A DNA stretch of 61,026 nucleotides, filler included. It is 7 parts of 7 records of this genome, joined end to end, with 100 filler letters (N's around TTAATTAATTAA, not from the genome) between each part and the next. Parts side by side here need not be neighbours in the genome. Positions count along the whole stretch, not along the records: positions 51,749 to 61,026 come from SRR31156797_31200; 6 more parts are not named here. One strand, 5' to 3'. Made by a program: the position numbers and the translations under genes. Below are positions 58,698 through 61,026 of this stretch, one piece after another. Positions within the stretch are counted from its first letter, which is position 1; the number at the start of each line of letters is the position of its first letter. The notes below the pieces were generated by a model. The model made no database searches, had not been told where the DNA came from, and saw only the letters and a list, made by a program, of their open reading frames with translations.

Positions 58698-61026
58698 ATG
58701 CCGCGCTTTGAAAAAGGTATGGCCGGAATTTTCCGGTCTTTGCTGATTTGCCTGGCATTGTTTTCAGGTTTTCCGGCGGGAGCGCCCATGGCGGCAGCGC
58801 AGGACCGTCCGGCCCCTATCAAGGAAATCACCGTGGCGGTGGGACAGAGTGACGGGCCTTTTTATTTCCGAAACCGGAAAGGTCGGGCCGACGGCTGGCT
58901 GGTGGATCTCTGGCGTCTGTGGTCCCGGAAGACCGGCATCAAGGTGAAATTCATGATGGTCCCTTTCGGCCATACCCTCAAGCTGACGGCAGAGGGAAAG
59001 GCGGATGTCATGGGCGGCTGTTACTACTCCGGGGAAAGGGCGACCTATCTGGAATATGTGGCCCCCCTCGCCGCCACCACCACCAACTTTTTCTTCAGCA
59101 AGAACATATATGGCATAGAGGCCCTGCAAGACCTGATGGGATTTCGCATCGGCGTTGTCAAAGGCGATTTTGCCATAGGGTATCTGCGTGAGCATTTGCC
59201 GGGCGCCGGCCTTGCGGTATACGCCACCACCGATGAGCTTTTCAAGGCCCTCAAGAACCATGAATTGCGGGTATTCGTTACGGATGCCTCCGTGGGCCTC
59301 TACTTCCTGAAAAAATGGAAAATGCTTGGGGATTTCAATTACTATCCGGACAAACCGCTCTTTTCGGGTGTACTACGGGCAGCGGTCAAAAAAGGCAACC
59401 GGGTACTCCCTCCCCTCATCAAAAAAGGTTTGGCTGCCATCACCCCCGAGGAGAGGGCCGTCATGGAACGGCGCTGGATCGGTACGGCTCAGACCAGAAC
59501 CGAAGGGGTATTGACCATCGCCTGCGATCGATTCTTCCCGCCCTTTACCATGCTGACCCCTTCGGGCCGGGCAGCGGGGATTCTGATCGATCTCTGGCGG
59601 TTGTGGTCCACAAAGACCCATCGGAAAATTGCGTTTGTTTTCGAAGATTGGGAAAAATCGGTCCGGATGGTCAAGGAAGGAAAAGCGGATATCCATTCGG
59701 GCCTCTTTAAAACAAGAGCCCGTGAGGATTTTTTTTCCTTTTCCATTCCCCTCTTCGCGGCGCAGCTAAAGCTTGCGTTCAGAACGGACCGGGATCTGCT
59801 AACCCTGAACCGGCTGTCCGGGGAAAGGGTGGGGGTTATCGCCGGATCGGCGGAAGAAACGGAACTGAAAAAGGAGTATCCACATATTATCACCTCTCCT
59901 TATACGGGCTACAGAGAACTTCTCCGTGCATTGCAGAGATGTGAAGTCCTGGCGGTTTACGACCTGGGAGTCTCTTTGCAGCGTGTTATTGAGGAACTGG
60001 GATTACAGGGCGAGATTCAAGTTTCCAAAGAATCCATGCCCATTCGGGATCTTTTTGCCGCTGTTCTCAAAAAAGACGCGCTTCTTCTTAAAACCATAAA
60101 CCGGGGTCTGGGTCAGATTACGGAACAGGAAATACGGGATATTGAGGCCCGCTGGATTTCCAATCCCGATCTGCACCTGTTTTCCGGTAAACCCCGGCCC
60201 ATGGTGCTCTCCGTCGAGGAAAAGGATTGGCTTGCGGGTCATCCTCAAATCAAGCTGGGCATTGATCCCAATTTCATGCCCTTTGAGGCCTTTGGTCCCG
60301 GAGAAGTCTATGAAGGCATTTCGTCCAGCTACGTTGATATTTTGAATGGAAAACTGGGTATAAAAATGGCCCCCGTCAGGGGCCTCAGTCTATTGGAGAT
60401 GAAAGAGGCCGCAAACGCCGGAAAGCTGGATGTACTGCCGTGTATCTCCATGACACCCGAAAGACGTGAAATTCTTGATTTCACACGGCCATATCTCGAT
60501 TTTCCCATTGTGGCCGTTACCCGCAAGGATGCGCCCTTTTTGTCTGGAATTCATGAGTTGAAGGGTGAAAGGGTAGCGGTGGTAAGAGGCTACTATGAGC
60601 AGGAAATGCTGGAGAAGCATTTTCCGGAAATTAGCTTGTTTCCGGTTGACAATATTGAACAGGGGTTGAAGGCGGTTGAAGCGGGAAAGGCAACCGCTTA
60701 TGTGGATAGATCCGCCGCCGCCATTTACGCCATACGAAAGCTGGGTCTCAAGGATCTCAAGATAGCGGTGACCACCCGCTACCACCCCGGTATTCGGTTT
60801 GCGGTGCGGAAAGACTGGCCACAGCTGGTTTCCATTCTGGAAAAAGCCCTTCAATCCATCCCGGAAGCGGAGCGGGAAAAGATCGCCAACAAATGGATCA
60901 ATGTGCGTTTTGAGGAACGGACCGACTGGGAGTACCTGTTGAAGGTCGGTATCTCAAGTGTGGCGATCATCGGACTGATTCTGACCATTATCCTGGTCTG
61001 GAACCGGCGGCTCTCCCGGGAGGTGG
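58698..61026 (+). CDS. Large membrane sensor with three tandem periplasmic SBP_bac_3 domains (BvgS/EvgS-like), 3' truncated; absent from the ORF track
   Basis: AAGGAG RBS, ATG 58698, signal peptide; three 'PF...G...G...D' SBP repeats; TM 'VGISSVAIIGLILTIILVWNRRLSREV'; same frame at start and window end. Confidence 0.88.
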   Translation, partial: MPRFEKGMAGIFRSLLICLALFSGFPAGAPMAAAQDRPAPIKEITVAVGQSDGPFYFRNRKGRADGWLVDLWRLWSRKTGIKVKFMMVPFGHTLKLTAEGKADVMGGCYYSGERATYLEYVAPLAATTTNFFFSKNIYGIEALQDLMGFRIGVVKGDFAIGYLREHLPGAGLAVYATTDELFKALKNHELRVFVTDASVGLYFLKKWKMLGDFNYYPDKPLFSGVLRAAVKKGNRVLPPLIKKGLAAITPEERAVMERRWIGTAQTRTEGVLTIACDRFFPPFTMLTPSGRAAGILIDLWRLWSTKTHRKIAFVFEDWEKSVRMVKEGKADIHSGLFKTRAREDFFSFSIPLFAAQLKLAFRTDRDLLTLNRLSGERVGVIAGSAEETELKKEYPHIITSPYTGYRELLRALQRCEVLAVYDLGVSLQRVIEELGLQGEIQVSKESMPIRDLFAAVLKKDALLLKTINRGLGQITEQEIRDIEARWISNPDLHLFSGKPRPMVLSVEEKDWLAGHPQIKLGIDPNFMPFEAFGPGEVYEGISSSYVDILNGKLGIKMAPVRGLSLLEMKEAANAGKLDVLPCISMTPERREILDFTRPYLDFPIVAVTRKDAPFLSGIHELKGERVAVVRGYYEQEMLEKHFPEISLFPVDNIEQGLKAVEAGKATAYVDRSAAAIYAIRKLGLKDLKIAVTTRYHPGIRFAVRKDWPQLVSILEKALQSIPEAEREKIANKWINVRFEERTDWEYLLKVGISSVAIIGLILTIILVWNRRLSREV

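Overview
The window is not one continuous locus. It contains seven separate contigs joined by identical 100-bp artificial spacers (44 N + TTAATTAATTAA + 44 N). Contig 1 (1-9510) is AT-richer and Vibrionaceae-like. It has an AraC fragment, two chemoreceptors, tRNA-Ile2(CAU) and the rpsU-yqeY-dnaG-rpoD operon, and it ends in a probable MITE terminus. Contigs 2-7 are mostly GC-richer and look like an anaerobic Desulfobacterota (deltaproteobacterial) genome. Contig 2 is the most interesting part: a sigma54-controlled, corrinoid-dependent methyl-transfer gene cluster. It has an MtaA-type Zn methyltransferase, a PAS kinase and NtrC-type activator, a full UAS/IHF/-24/-12 promoter, two AcsE-like methyl-THF methyltransferases, a TRAP transporter, a UroD-like MT, a corrinoid protein, a fused UroD-like/corrinoid protein and DUF1638. 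Its substrate is unknown. Contig 3 has a CpxRA-like system facing a Spy/EF-hand/secreted-protein operon. Contig 4 has an unusual AAA+-Lon protease fusion, a 2-hydroxyacyl-CoA dehydratase/benzoyl-CoA-reductase-like pair with a CoA ligase, mutY, an anti-sigma/STAS pair and a lytic transglycosylase. Contig 5 has a Tat sulfatase with its anaerobic maturase, and a low-GC envelope-gene block preceded by an integrase remnant. Contig 6 has iorA', an acyl-CoA synthetase, TPR, DedA, cutA and folD'. Contig 7 has a CadB-like antiporter, a DcaP-like porin, a Kef-type antiporter, a REC-PAS-PAS protein and a large triple solute-binding-domain sensor that is missing from the ORF track. All calls come from reading motifs by eye; no database searches were run.
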